From Sporopachydermia quercuum (taxonomy: Eukaryota): 64,000 nt of DNA. Below, in pieces: positions 36,109 through 48,277 of this stretch. The stretch covers positions 1,054,001 to 1,118,000 of the forward strand of contig BCGN01000005.1 of the NCBI GenBank assembly GCA_001599295.1, in the 5' to 3' direction. Every line of letters begins with the position of its first letter. Position 1 is the first letter of the stretch. Below the pieces are notes generated by a model that did not search any database, had not been told where the DNA came from, and saw only the letters and a program-made list of their open reading frames with translations. The translations under genes were made by a program, and so were the position numbers.

Positions 36109-38664
36109 ATGATGGACAGCCTTATCAGCGATGGCGAACTGGATTCTCCCAGTGACGCTGATACCTGTGTTTCCAACAACATCAACAACCAATCTGAATC
36201 TTCAGCATTGGCCATCACATCTATAATCTCTAAAGACAGAATCTCAGAGCTAGAACAGACGCGATTGAGAAGGAACTCTTTAGAACAATTCAACGGCAAC
36301 TCAGCTTCTAAAAGCCCCATTTCAATTCTTCCAAGCGAAATCTTACTTCATATTTTTTCCTATCTACCAGACAGAAGAGACCAACTAAGACTATTGTCTG
36401 TATGTAGATCCTGGTGCGATTTAGCTGTGGAACTTGTTTGGTTTAGGCCAAACATCACCAGACCTAACACTCTAGAGAAGATTCTACAAGTGCTTAGAAA
36501 CTGTCCTCATAACACCCGTTATAACTATTTTGATTTCATTCGCAGATTGAATCTCAGCAGTGTTGCGAAAATAATCAACGACGAAGGATTCCAGATAGTT
36601 TCTCGTTGTCGAAACCTAGAAAGATTGACGTTATCCAACTGTGTTTTGCTCTCTGATGTCTCGGTAGCAAAAGTTCTAGCCAATAGCTCTAAACTACAGT
36701 CAATTGATATGTCAAACACGACGAAGATCACGGATGGCTCAATACTTCAAATTGCTCAGCATTGCAACAGAATTCAAGGACTTTATGCAACCAATTGCTC
36801 CTCACTGACAGATACTTCCATCATTGCCTTAGCGAAATCAGCACCCATTCTCAAGCGATTGAGACTTTCTGGTTGCGAACTGGTGACGGACGAATCTGTG
36901 ATTGCCCTTGCTAGAAACTGTTCCCTGCTTGTAGAATTTGACGTTCAAAGCTGCGTTTTGGTCACTGACGATGCTATTAGAGAAGTGTTTATGAATTTGC
37001 CAGTATTGAGAGAATTTCGAGCAGGGTTTGTTCCCCAGCTCAGCGATAGGATTTTCTTTGACTCGAATAACGTCAACTTGCTGAGATCACGCGCCATGGG
37101 CATTGAACGACTACGGAACGTGGATTTCTCCGGCTGTGCTGAAATCACAGATAAATCGATTGCTTTACTAGTAGAATACGCCCCAAAGCTTCGTAATGTC
37201 ACCTTATCAAAATGCTCTAACCTCACGGACTCTGCTTTACGATCTCTAGCTAAACTACAAAGGAACCTCCATTATATACATCTAGGCCATTGCCATCTCA
37301 TCACCGACTTCGGTATCAACTATTTGCTGCGTCAATGCTCAAGAATCCACTATATTGATTTGGCATGTTGCATCAACCTTACAGACGCAACGTTGGTAGA
37401 ACTGTCACATCTACCAAAAGTAAGACGAATAGGACTAGTAAAATGCTCCAACATCTCAGACTCGGGTTTNTACTCATTTGTCATGTCAAAGGCAAACTAC
37501 AATACTTGCAATATCCTTGAAAGAGTTCATCTATCTTATTGTTCAGGATTATCACTATTCTCCATATATGTTTTACTACGATACTGCACCAAAATCACAC
37601 ATCTCAGTTTAACAGGAGTACACCAATTTCTGCGGGAGGATATCACGAGATTCTGCCGACCCGCACCTGCCGATTTCACCGTGCATCAGAAATCTGTCTT
37701 CTGCGTTTTCTCCGGCGATGGTGTTCATGAGCTCCGATCCTACCTCAACCATATATTTGAACGAGACAGTACAATGATACACGGAGATATCAGTGAAAGA
37801 CTGCGCCGAGGAGAATTAGACCGAGAAGGCGTGCAAGCTATGTTCGAAGGATCAGAGGATGAACCAGCAGACGAAAGACTAGATGCACTCACCAGCCAGA
37901 TCACCCGAGAACTGGCGTCACAAATCGGTGTCATCACTAATACCAACATTCCATACGTTCAAGGACGTCTTTTCCCAGACCAGAACGAAAACGGAAACAC
38001 CTCAAGACCCGGAATAGTGATACCTGCGCGACGAGTCACGACCCCTATTTTCACGCGAAATGGAGTACCAGTGCCAGTTATCACTGAGCCCTTCCGTCCA
38101 GCGGGAGTAGACCCAGAATTGTATGAAGAGTTTCGATGGAGGGCCAACCAGATTGCAACGATGAATCTAAGTGATGAAGAGCGAAACACCCATTATCTGC
38201 ACTTGATCTACAACACTGTTAGAAGCAATCGGTTAATAAGAAATCCTTTGACAGGATCACCAGGTAATGACCCAACGGGACAACGGCAAATGCTGCGTCG
38301 TTCAAGAGAAGCTCGTGCTGCTGTTGCAGCTGCAACAGCAAACGGCGTTACGATCAATTTGGGCCACACTCTGCAACAGGTGATACGAGATGGACCTGTT
38401 TTCCCTACAAATGAAGGAGTAGTAAACACGGCTTTCAATGCATTGGGTATTGGATTAGGTGGTGTCAATGCAAATGGCAATGGCGATACAAATAATAACG
38501 ATAATGTAAACGGTAACGACAATGGTACTGAATTTAGCGATATCAATGGCACTGAACTTGACAATAATAGTAATGGAGATGTTCTTTTGGGTGATGTTGA
38601 TATAGAAGATGATAATGTGGAGAATGAGACTCTCGAAATTGAAGATGATAGTGAAATGGCATAG
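36109..38664 (+). CDS. GRR1: SCF F-box/LRR protein Grr1
   Basis: F-box LPSEILLHIFSYL..VCRSW...LVWFRP, many LRRs, LERVHLSYC, and THLSLTGV..F....ITRFCRPAP.DFT.HQ..VFCVFSG. Confidence 0.96.
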   Translation: MMDSLISDGELDSPSDADTCVSNNINNQSESSALAITSIISKDRISELEQTRLRRNSLEQFNGNSASKSPISILPSEILLHIFSYLPDRRDQLRLLSVCRSWCDLAVELVWFRPNITRPNTLEKILQVLRNCPHNTRYNYFDFIRRLNLSSVAKIINDEGFQIVSRCRNLERLTLSNCVLLSDVSVAKVLANSSKLQSIDMSNTTKITDGSILQIAQHCNRIQGLYATNCSSLTDTSIIALAKSAPILKRLRLSGCELVTDESVIALARNCSLLVEFDVQSCVLVTDDAIREVFMNLPVLREFRAGFVPQLSDRIFFDSNNVNLLRSRAMGIERLRNVDFSGCAEITDKSIALLVEYAPKLRNVTLSKCSNLTDSALRSLAKLQRNLHYIHLGHCHLITDFGINYLLRQCSRIHYIDLACCINLTDATLVELSHLPKVRRIGLVKCSNISDSGXYSFVMSKANYNTCNILERVHLSYCSGLSLFSIYVLLRYCTKITHLSLTGVHQFLREDITRFCRPAPADFTVHQKSVFCVFSGDGVHELRSYLNHIFERDSTMIHGDISERLRRGELDREGVQAMFEGSEDEPADERLDALTSQITRELASQIGVITNTNIPYVQGRLFPDQNENGNTSRPGIVIPARRVTTPIFTRNGVPVPVITEPFRPAGVDPELYEEFRWRANQIATMNLSDEERNTHYLHLIYNTVRSNRLIRNPLTGSPGNDPTGQRQMLRRSREARAAVAAATANGVTINLGHTLQQVIRDGPVFPTNEGVVNTAFNALGIGLGGVNANGNGDTNNNDNVNGNDNGTEFSDINGTELDNNSNGDVLLGDVDIEDDNVENETLEIEDDSEMA

Positions 38665-40232
38665 TAAGGTAATGTTTTAATAAATAAATGGCAATACGAA
38701 GTACAATGGTACTTCTTTAATCGAGCGAAAGAAGAAGAACAAGAAGAAGTAGATACCCGTAATAATTAAGAGAACAAATAGCAGGAAAGGGAAGAGCAAA
38801 ATAATAGCAACTAGAAGAGTCGCTGTAACGTATAATATCCAGGCTATAATTGGCTATCGATTAAGCAGTAATTTCAAAACTCAGTATAGTTGAATCAAGT
38901 AAAAGGTATTGAGTGTTCATAATCTATGATATTTTAGTAGTAAGAAACGTTCAATTAATGGCTTTTAAAACAGCAACAGCAAGGCCTATTGTAAAACTGT
39001 TGTCTGGTGTCAATAGATACCAATCAATAGTTTTTCATACGGTAAGTCTAATTCATGATTCATGATATACATTAACTAACATGTGTTTTACATTTCAGCT
39101 AGCCATCTATCACTAAAATATGGATTCTGTATGTTCGTTTGTTCCACATTCAAACGGAAAAACTAATATTGGAATACGAAATATCTTCGGATGAAAACGA
39201 GGTTGAAAAGAAGACTAGCAGACTTTCCATATAATATCCAGATGTTTCAGATGTTTCGACAACCCCAATCTTCAATAATAACAATTTTAGTGACAATAAA
39301 GTCAAGGTACTGCCTCCAAGGGAAATTGCGGTTGAAACTTGACTTATTTAGATCTATCAGCTTATTTTGTATGTTAACCGCAGAAGCTTATAGATATGCT
39401 ACTTTCAGATGCCTTCAAGATGTATTGGAAATCACCAATCTGATGGAATTTGCATTTAGCTCTATTTACAATATCGCGAACTATGAATTAGTTATTGATG
39501 GTCAGATAGTTTAATTTTTAGAGATCGTTAAATAAATATGTTCGAACTGCGAGTCGTTGGTTGCCAACTATGGCTTACTACTCCATATTTTACAGTGCTA
39601 CACCATACATCTATAGTATATTATGCTCTAAGATATCAAACACCAAAACTAAACCTATCAGTTGATAATGCTGTTACTCTTTTTATATCATTAGTTACTA
39701 GGTTCCTAGAATTAATCAAAGTCGTACAGCAGTCACAGTGCAGTACATATATATAGGATTAATTATTTATTCTAGTATTGTTTGTAGGTTGAGCATATCT
39801 TTGCAGAGATATAACGGTTTAAGAGGTTTAAGATAATGATACTTTATCCTAATAGCACTGTTGCTGACAGTTCAGTATGTTCGTTCACTATTTTATTGTT
39901 CTTTTCATACAACAAACATCAATTAGCAATTACTTTCAAGTGATAAAAACAACAGCAAGACAAACAATTTATAAAGAGGTAACTCAAATGATCTTCAGAT
40001 TCTAATTTACCAGCTGTCATATTGTTGTCTAAATCAATTATTGTGATATCCCTTAATTCTGATGCATATCAATACAAAATATTTTAATTGGAATCATCCA
40101 CATAGTACAACAGGTATCCTGATTGTCATTCATTATTATTATGGTTTGCACTTTCTCAAGTTATTCAATGATTTTATACTCATGTTTGCTCGTCCGCTTA
40201 TTCTTACATAAAAAATCCACGAATATCCCTAT

Positions 40233-42341
40233 CTATTCCTTTGTCATTATCTCGTTCATAAACTGGTTTGCCTGATCTTTCAATACATCGACAATTCGCC
40301 GACAATCTGCATCCATTTTGGCCTCTACTTTCTCTATTTGTAGATCTATCCATTGGTTCAAAGTTATATCTAATTCCTGTTTAGGAATCAAATGGTGAAG
40401 CCTGGACGGTTCGTTTTCCTGATTTAGTAATGAGTAGATCTTTTGAACTGCCGCTTTGGGGAGCGATTGATGCTTAGCGTGTGGAGATATGGCTAAACTA
40501 GAACCCGAACTTGAATTTAAACTGGAACTTAAACTTGGGAACACTATTCCCTGTGGCTGAAGGTGCAAAGATCCTGGCGATCTGGTGAGCTGCTTCATAG
40601 GAGAAGTCGCTGTAGAAGATTTTAATTTCAGGATTGGTTGTGGAGTTGCTTGTTTGTTTGATGGTTTATTCATGAGGTTGATATGCGTTTTCATTGGTGA
40701 TTTATGAAGTTTTGATGGTGTTTTTGGTATGAAGACACTTTCGTCTGCAGGATGTTCGTCAACCTTTCTCGCGCTATTTTCTGGCTTATTAGCGGAAATA
40801 GCAGCTTTGGAAGGTATTTTAGCTCTAGAAACGGTACTAGTAGTAGTGGTAGCAATAACAGCGGCTGGTTTATGTTTCTCACTGACTGTCTCAACAGTAG
40901 CTGATTCTCCAGCGATTACGTGCTGTTCAGTTTGCTCTGTTGCTGCTTCTGCTTCTGCTGGAATTTGTTGCGGCAGTTTAGATTTAAATGAAGTGGTATT
41001 TTCAAACACTTTGGTGGCTGAAGAGGATTGAATTTGAGGCTTGTTTCCTCTTTCTAGAGATTCTTCTCCTAATTGGTCAGCATCCATGCTACTTTCAGCC
41101 ACAGTTTTCTCTGGTTTCTTCTTTTGGCCTGAACTTTTGTCCTCTTTTCCCTTTTTAGCTGTTGGCTTCCGTTCTGTCCTTGTCATCTCCTCTGTCTCTT
41201 CCGCTACGCTTTCTGTTATAAGTTGCGTTATATTTTCCGCTATAGGCTCACTCTTCTTTTCCTTTTCCTTTTCCTTCTTGCCTACTTGTTGTAACGCATC
41301 AAATAAGTCATCATTTTCATTCTGTCTATTATTGGAATCGTCTTCAGCCATAATGTTAGAGATTCGAGATTTAGGTTTCTTGCTTTTCCGAGGCCGACCT
41401 CTCGTTTTAGGTTTCTCTGGTGTTTCTTCCTTTTCGGGAATTGAAACTGGCTTACCAGACGTGCAATCGGTTGCATCAGTGCTTTGCTCAGCCAAAGTAT
41501 CGGTCTCGTCTTCGATTTCGTCTTCGGTATCAGCAGCAGTTGCAACCGCAATAATTTCATCCCTATTTTTCCCTGCCACCGAACTCTTTTTCCGTTTGAC
41601 GGATCTGGTACTTTTCCCGGCTTTTCCAACCTTGGTGGTTGAGCCCTCCCGAGCCCGTTTAGTGGACATCCTTCGGGAATCCCGCTTTCCCAATTGCTGG
41701 CAGTGTTTCGAGCTTTCCGAGGCCGTGAAAAAATAGCAATCAGGTGCTCTTCTCCGGTGTTCCTCGGTAGGATTATCTTTAACTTCCCATCCTTCTAACG
41801 ACAGTCCACAGTATAAACAACCAGCCAAGTCATCACCTTCTTGCTCGGAAGAGCAATGGAATCCTGCTTGCACAAGCCGTTTTGATGTCGGAATCCAGCC
41901 TTTTTTTCCGTCGTGAGGCCACCAGTTGCCGAAGCTTGCCGTTCGGATATCCATACACTCGAGTGACGTCGGGTCACTGAACACTCTATCCCGGCTCCAA
42001 AATGTTTCGTCCAGGCTGAAATCGGAATCCTGCCTCCGAGCTTTCTCCACTTTTGCAGCTGTGCTGATTAAAAGCGCATATGCACATTCTGGAGCCATTT
42101 TTGCGTGCACCGAGATAGGATCGTCTTCGGGAGTCCATTCATCCAATGATTGAGAGCAGAAATCGCATGTTACGTTATCTTCGGAGAGTTTGTTTGGTGT
42201 GAAATGAAAGCCAGATCTAGCCATTTGAGTGCTGCTTGGAACAGCATGTGGCCAATCAATAAGTTTGATTTTTCTGCCTCTGCCATTTCCTGTTACCTTT
42301 TGCTGACTGAATGTCGCTAGCCTCTGAGCGAATGCTTGCAT
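40233..42341 (-). CDS. BIR1: Bir1/survivin-like chromosomal passenger subunit with two BIR domains
   Basis: Two BIR repeats (RLATF...WPH...GFHF....DNVTCDFC...L.EW...DDP...H....PEC and R..SF..WWPH...AGF......D...CLYC...LEGWE..DNP..EH....PDC), then a long disordered region and a C-terminal helix. First ATG at 42341. Confidence 0.92.
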   Translation of the reverse strand: MQAFAQRLATFSQQKVTGNGRGRKIKLIDWPHAVPSSTQMARSGFHFTPNKLSEDNVTCDFCSQSLDEWTPEDDPISVHAKMAPECAYALLISTAAKVEKARRQDSDFSLDETFWSRDRVFSDPTSLECMDIRTASFGNWWPHDGKKGWIPTSKRLVQAGFHCSSEQEGDDLAGCLYCGLSLEGWEVKDNPTEEHRRRAPDCYFFTASESSKHCQQLGKRDSRRMSTKRAREGSTTKVGKAGKSTRSVKRKKSSVAGKNRDEIIAVATAADTEDEIEDETDTLAEQSTDATDCTSGKPVSIPEKEETPEKPKTRGRPRKSKKPKSRISNIMAEDDSNNRQNENDDLFDALQQVGKKEKEKEKKSEPIAENITQLITESVAEETEEMTRTERKPTAKKGKEDKSSGQKKKPEKTVAESSMDADQLGEESLERGNKPQIQSSSATKVFENTTSFKSKLPQQIPAEAEAATEQTEQHVIAGESATVETVSEKHKPAAVIATTTTSTVSRAKIPSKAAISANKPENSARKVDEHPADESVFIPKTPSKLHKSPMKTHINLMNKPSNKQATPQPILKLKSSTATSPMKQLTRSPGSLHLQPQGIVFPSLSSSLNSSSGSSLAISPHAKHQSLPKAAVQKIYSLLNQENEPSRLHHLIPKQELDITLNQWIDLQIEKVEAKMDADCRRIVDVLKDQANQFMNEIMTKE

Positions 42342-44367
42342 TGCTGATAGAGCAATGTGAGTATTTCCCGGTGGTTTCAAAAGTGACTCTTATGCTGAAG
42401 ATGATAGATATGTGAATGATTTAATGATGATGATGATAGTAGGTCTTGTAAATGGTTATAAAATGTAAACGTATGAATAATCGATATAATCGATATATGA
42501 TTAATATGCCTTATTTTATTCAAGGAAAACGTTTAAGATTCCAATCAATGTTACTAGAGCCAAACAGGAAAAACACTATTTACACACTAAGAACAATATC
42601 GACAACACTAATTACAATGGCAATAATAGTAACAAGTAACAATAATAGCAAACAGGTATTAGGAACTAATAAATGGTTGATGGAGCATAGCAATAGGAAG
42701 GAAAGAAAGGAAAACACAATTTGGAAAGAGGTGCTAATGCCTAAAAGAGGAACACATAAATAACTGAAAATGAATTGGGTGATATTTAGTCATGTGATTT
42801 AAGTTTCCAATTTTGGGACTACAAGGGGAAGAGGGAATAGAGTTCAGTGTAAAGCAAATATCTCCAGAGTTTCCCCAGGGTAGGGCTAGCTAGTGGAACG
42901 AACGGCAATGAAGGAAATCGGGAAGGACCGTCCTAGATTAGCTTGTTGATACCAAAATGAGTAGAAAGTTTTAGAAAGCCTGAAGCTGGGTAATTGACTA
43001 GGAGGGAAATCATCAATTAAGCTGAAGATCAATAGCTTCGGTTTTACCTGCCTGCTGCAATAGTACATAGCAAGTGAGCGAGAGGGCGAGGAAAATGGGA
43101 GAACTTCGATATATGTGTCGCTTAATCATCCCATTTCTCATTNCCAAGTTAAGAAGTTTTGACATTGTGTTCGTTTTTTTCTTTCTTGGCAAGAGACGAG
43201 GCTTAATTTAACGTCAATCCTCCGCGGAGTTACATTCTCTTAAAAAAGTGAATTGAGTAAATTAAGGTTTGGAGGCATTGGGTGCAGCTAAGAATTCTAA
43301 ACTAGTTGTGGAGAGCGGTGAGTCTTAGCTGTGGACAAGAGATGATTGAAAAGTGCCGACAATTTGATTATAAAAAAGATAAAAAGTAGATAAATACATC
43401 TGGGCAATGTTGTCTAAACAGACGGGCTTAGTTAGATCTTGCTTAGTTTAAATTTTCAACTCATATAACCAAAAGTCAACTTAAATAAACTTGAAACCAG
43501 AAACTAAAATCAATAAGGTTTTACTAAGAATTAAAACAAATTCTACATCATTCTACATCAAATCAACTTTTAATGAGCAAATACCAGTGGATAATACACA
43601 TTAGGAAGGTTTCATAATCATGAACTGAAAGTTACGAGACAAAGAGTAAGGTTAGAAATTGTAAATCTAATTGGAGGAGATTTGCGTTCGATATGGTGGT
43701 CCTATATGGTGAGATTTGCTTTATCTCGCCTAGAGAGAGCACCCAAGCAAAAAGTATAGTAAGCTACTTCTTGAGAGAGTTTTCTACAATTCACTTCAAA
43801 ATTTTAAAGGGTTATCTTAATAGTCTAGTTTTCATGTAATCACAGCCCTCTAAGAATTAAATCTCTCATTCCCTGCCTCTTATTACTTTTCTTATCGTTC
43901 AATTATTTATTTCCTCAACGGCAATTATCATTTTTAGCTTTTAAAACCAACAAAATTAAGTTTAAAAATGGTTTACACTTTACGTCTATTCTACAACTTT
44001 AAATATACGGGGACTGCTGGTCTATACGCAAGTTTCCCCCGAGGTTCATATTTCACCCAGTTCAGATATTCTTCTCTTTATCCTTTCTACTTTCCTTCTT
44101 TCAATTCTCATCTGAGTTGTAGTAAAAGTCGTTAGATAAGAAAATAAGTGAAAATCTAAATGCAAATTAATATATGTTTACTCTTGACTATGAGGCTGTT
44201 CTAGTTGTATCTTGAGTTGTTTCTTTCTCAGATAAATCAACTGTGGTTAATTCACCTTCTAATATTTGCCTTATTGAAACTATAGTGCGTGTGACATTAG
44301 ACGCATCAATTAACTGTCCTGATAACCAATCTGATTGCGGTTTGAATTTCATCATTTGTAATAAGCA

Positions 44368-46720
44368 ATGAATAAAGAAGAGAGTGAAAGAACTGGTCAG
44401 AAGAGAAGTAAGAAATTTACAAGATCAAACACTGGTTGTTTATCATGCAGAAGGAGAAAGTATGTTAACTTTGGTCTTTTATTTTACTTATTTTCATTTA
44501 TTTGTGATAATAAATGAATTATCACTATAGCATAGTATTATTCACTAACGGTGGAAATTAAGGAAGAAATGTGATGGAACTAAGCCAAAATGCGGTGCCT
44601 GTATCAGACTCAACAGAGATTGCATTTACCCTTTTGCCAACCTTCAATGGCAGTTTTATAATGCTCAAACTACGTCCTTAAGTGGATTATCAATACATAA
44701 TGATAAACCAGCAATATCTTCAACGATCTCCCAATCAATAGTAGAACATCCAGCTTCAGATAAAAAGGTATCTAAAACGAATCAAAAATCGAAACTTCAA
44801 ATCAGAAGACCTATATTCAAAATTCATTACCCTAATAAACAACCAACTAGAAAATATGTGTCATCATCGCCTACATTATTACCAGTATCTCCTACAACTG
44901 TTTCAGACACTGGTGTATCACCCAAACATAATACCTTCAATAATGTCAGCATCAATGGTACATCAAATCAGGTGAAAGCATTCTTGACAGTTCCTTTCGT
45001 CGAGTCAGGTCATAACGATCGTCCATTCCTTTCTGCCACCCAGTTTCCCGATACTTACAATAATATTCAAACTAGCCACATTAATAGTCAAAACCACATC
45101 AATAATCACCATTTTGATCTAATATCCAGCCGGTCGCACCTTCTTACAAAGAATAGTATTCACCACACTACGCGATTTGAAAAAGAGTTCGAGGCAGTTG
45201 AAAACTGGAAGTCTTCTTTAAGTTTTGCTGCAGATAATGTGTTTCATGACACAGATGACCTAGATGAATATTACTCATCTTCTGGCTCATCTTCTGGTAA
45301 TGAGATGTTTTCATTCATTTTTCCTGGATTTGGAGAAATCCAACAGTTACTTGATAAACAACCACCTATTGAGAGTCTAAGAAAGCAACATCTTAATAAA
45401 AACAAAAAGCAGGAAAAAGTGAATGGAAGAGATATGATAATCTTTGACAAGAGTATTGATAGTAATAATGACAATAGTAAAGAAGTTTATAATGGTTTCG
45501 ATACTGTGTCATGCTTTATACCTTCAGTTATGGATTTTTCACCGAGAAGAAAATCAGAAGAAGTCACTTATTTATTAGATCCTGAAATCATAAACAACTT
45601 ACTAGGGTCGTTTAAAAGCATAGTAACACCGAATATAAGCACATCATATAAAGCAGAAGAGAACTCATTTGTCAATGTGTATCTTCCACTAGCTTTTTCC
45701 AGTAACGTTGTACTGAAAGCTGTACTTGGGTGGACTGCAACATCGTTATCAACTCGCGGTTATCAATCAAATTTTGATCAAAAGCCAATCAGAGAACTAC
45801 TGGATAGTGTTGAAGAGGAATTAGATGAAATGTGTTTTGATACTCAAATAAGCTCAAATGTTGAGAAAACTGAAGTTTTTCTANCTATAATTTTTATTTT
45901 GGTAGCTGTTGATGTGACGCTAACTGGAAATGGGTCATGGAGAAGTTTACAGTCAATGGCAGGGAAAGTAATCGGACGGCTAAATATTGAAGAATTTTGC
46001 TTGAAACCTTCCAGGAAATGGTTGCTTCAAAATTATTTATATCATGAGCTTACAGGAACGTGTACAACCATAAAAAATTTGAACATTAGTGTGGATAATA
46101 TAAAGAAGGTGTTATCCTCCGATGACATACCAGAATCATATATGGGTATTTGCCGACCTATGTTTAGCATAATTAGTGAGATATTAATTTTATCTAATAG
46201 CAGGTTGAACAATTTATCAGAGAAGGACTTAACTGATTTATTCGCAACTGCTGTTGATATAGAATCTGATATTGAGAGAGTGAAACCTTTACCAGTACCT
46301 TCAGAGGTTTCAGAGAGTAATAATACTGTTGTTCCAGCTAGTTTGAAATTATTTGCTATTCTGAAAAAAGTTGCTTTGCTGATGTTGAGACAATTGGTAT
46401 ACCGTGATGTTTCGCATTCATTGAAAACAGTTATTTTGGTGAGACAGATCATCAACCAGTTACAATTGATTTTTGGCAAAGGTGTCGATAACATGATTCT
46501 TCTACCATTGTTTATTGTCGGGGTTGATGCAATTTCAAAGGAAGATAGATTATGGGTTACTGAGAATATTCAATCATTATATGATAGAGTGAAGGTTGGT
46601 AATGTTCAAACAGCAAAAAGATTACTTAAAGAAATATGGAATTTGAATCCATTAGGACAAAATTATGTCTTCTGGCCCGAAATTGCTGAGAAAACCTGTT
46701 TTGATATCAGTTTGGCCTAG
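44368..46720 (+). CDS. Zn(II)2Cys6 transcription factor with a Fungal_trans_2-type domain (Uga3/Arg81-like architecture), 2 exons
   Basis: Exon 1 44368-44459 and an intron from GTATGT 44460 to AAG 44562 (CACTAAC branch) reconstitute RSNTGCLSCRRRKKKCDGTKPKCGACIRLNRDCIYP, in frame with the 44858 ORF. C-terminal YLYHEL, YMGICRP, LPLFIVG, LLKEIW and FDISLA motifs. Confidence 0.92.
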
Positions 46721-48020
46721 ATTTTATTGTATGGTATAATGATTCGGATAGGAATGTGAATTTTTGGATTGTACAGGGGTTATTTGAAGTATATAGAGAA
46801 AAGCTAGAGTATGAGAATCAGTTCCAGAAATTTGATTAACATAAAAGTCCGTAAAAGCACTCCTCTGAATGCTATGTTTTACATCTACTTCTTCTTGGAA
46901 CATTAAAGGCTATGTAATCAATTTACTTCAAATATTAGTGATGAATGTATTGTTCTCTTCCAATTCAACTGGCACATGATCTAATTTACTTATGTTGATC
47001 TGTTATGCAACTCAATTGTCAATCTGTCCTTACTCTTAACACTCAATTCACTTACTTCAACAAAATCGGATTTGACTATTTTGGTATATCCCTCTCAACA
47101 GACAAGTCTTCTAAAATTAAAGCTTTCGTGAAATCTAAATACTGGAATCATCAAAGCGAAGTCAAATCCCGTAGTTAAACCTTGGGATGGGAGAAAGCAA
47201 ACAGTTTGGTCGAGATGCGTAATCCCCGAACTAAAAATGAATCCATGTTTGACTATCGAAATCAAGCAAGTCTCGGCTTTCGGTAAGTAGTAGTTTTACC
47301 TGACTCATTCGTAGCCAATATGGGGTTGCTATTATTCAGAGTTGGCTTTCCAAGTGATAATAGTATTATAAAAGGTCAATTTCGCTCGTTCTTCAATTCT
47401 GACTTTTCACATACAATAAAAATCGATTGAACGTTGAACAGTATACTGGTAATACAGTACAGGAGAATCTAAACTCCTACAAATTTAAGCTTAAAATTAA
47501 TAATCTGTACATGAGATGTATAACTTTGGTTCTAAAATTCAATTTTATTCTGCGCTTATCTAGGCCAGAAAAGGAAAGCCGCAAATCTTAGTAGGTTCAA
47601 CCGTTTTCTTTAGTATTTGTTACTGGAATTCTTAGGTATAAATCCAATCGTAATAAGTGAGATCATATTACATTTCTGCTAAATCTGCTGAAAGCTGGAG
47701 TATGATTTTGTTGAAGCCAAATATCATTTTATTTGACTTTCACCAGTACTTTTTGGCACAGTTGTCAGATACCAATTAGAATTTTATGTTAATATGAAGT
47801 ATCTATTTCTAAAAGAAATTTCTGAAGTGCAGTGATTAGGTACTAACATAGTTTACTAATATTGTTTAGGTTGGGTATCTAAACTCTAACCTAGATGTTT
47901 GATTAACTTTAATCTTGAAATATTAAGATTTGACTCTTAGATTCGTAATGAGAACTTTATTTTACTATAGACAGAAGTTTTGCAATAGTGAAAACTCAAT
48001 TGAATTGTTAAATCATTTCT

Positions 48021-48167
48021 TTATCGCATAAACCTTTTTCAGGTAAACTGATAACAGATTATGTACTACGATATGATAGTGATAAAACTAATCAGTTAAT
48101 TGAGTCAACCTGTATGTACCTGGACTTTATATATTGTTCTGATCCCTCTAAATGAACTGCCGTTATC
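48021..48167. promoter_or_regulatory. GATA-site cluster upstream of the urea-carboxylase-like gene
   Basis: GATAA/TTATC at 48021, 48050, 48081 and 48163. Confidence 0.5.
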
Positions 48168-48277
48168 AATTGTCTCCTGGTGAATAGAAAACCATGTTCT
48201 TCCAAAGTGTGGTTATGTCAAACATTGACAAACAAAATTGCCTCGATCTCAATTGATTCATAACTTCTCTTAACATC

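Noticed and set aside
40729..42153. Long plus-strand ORFs of 100-231 aa, and similar antisense ORFs inside VPS18, GLR1, GRR1, PHO23 and PXMP4
   Set aside because: These are antisense shadows of well-supported genes with no recognisable motifs of their own.
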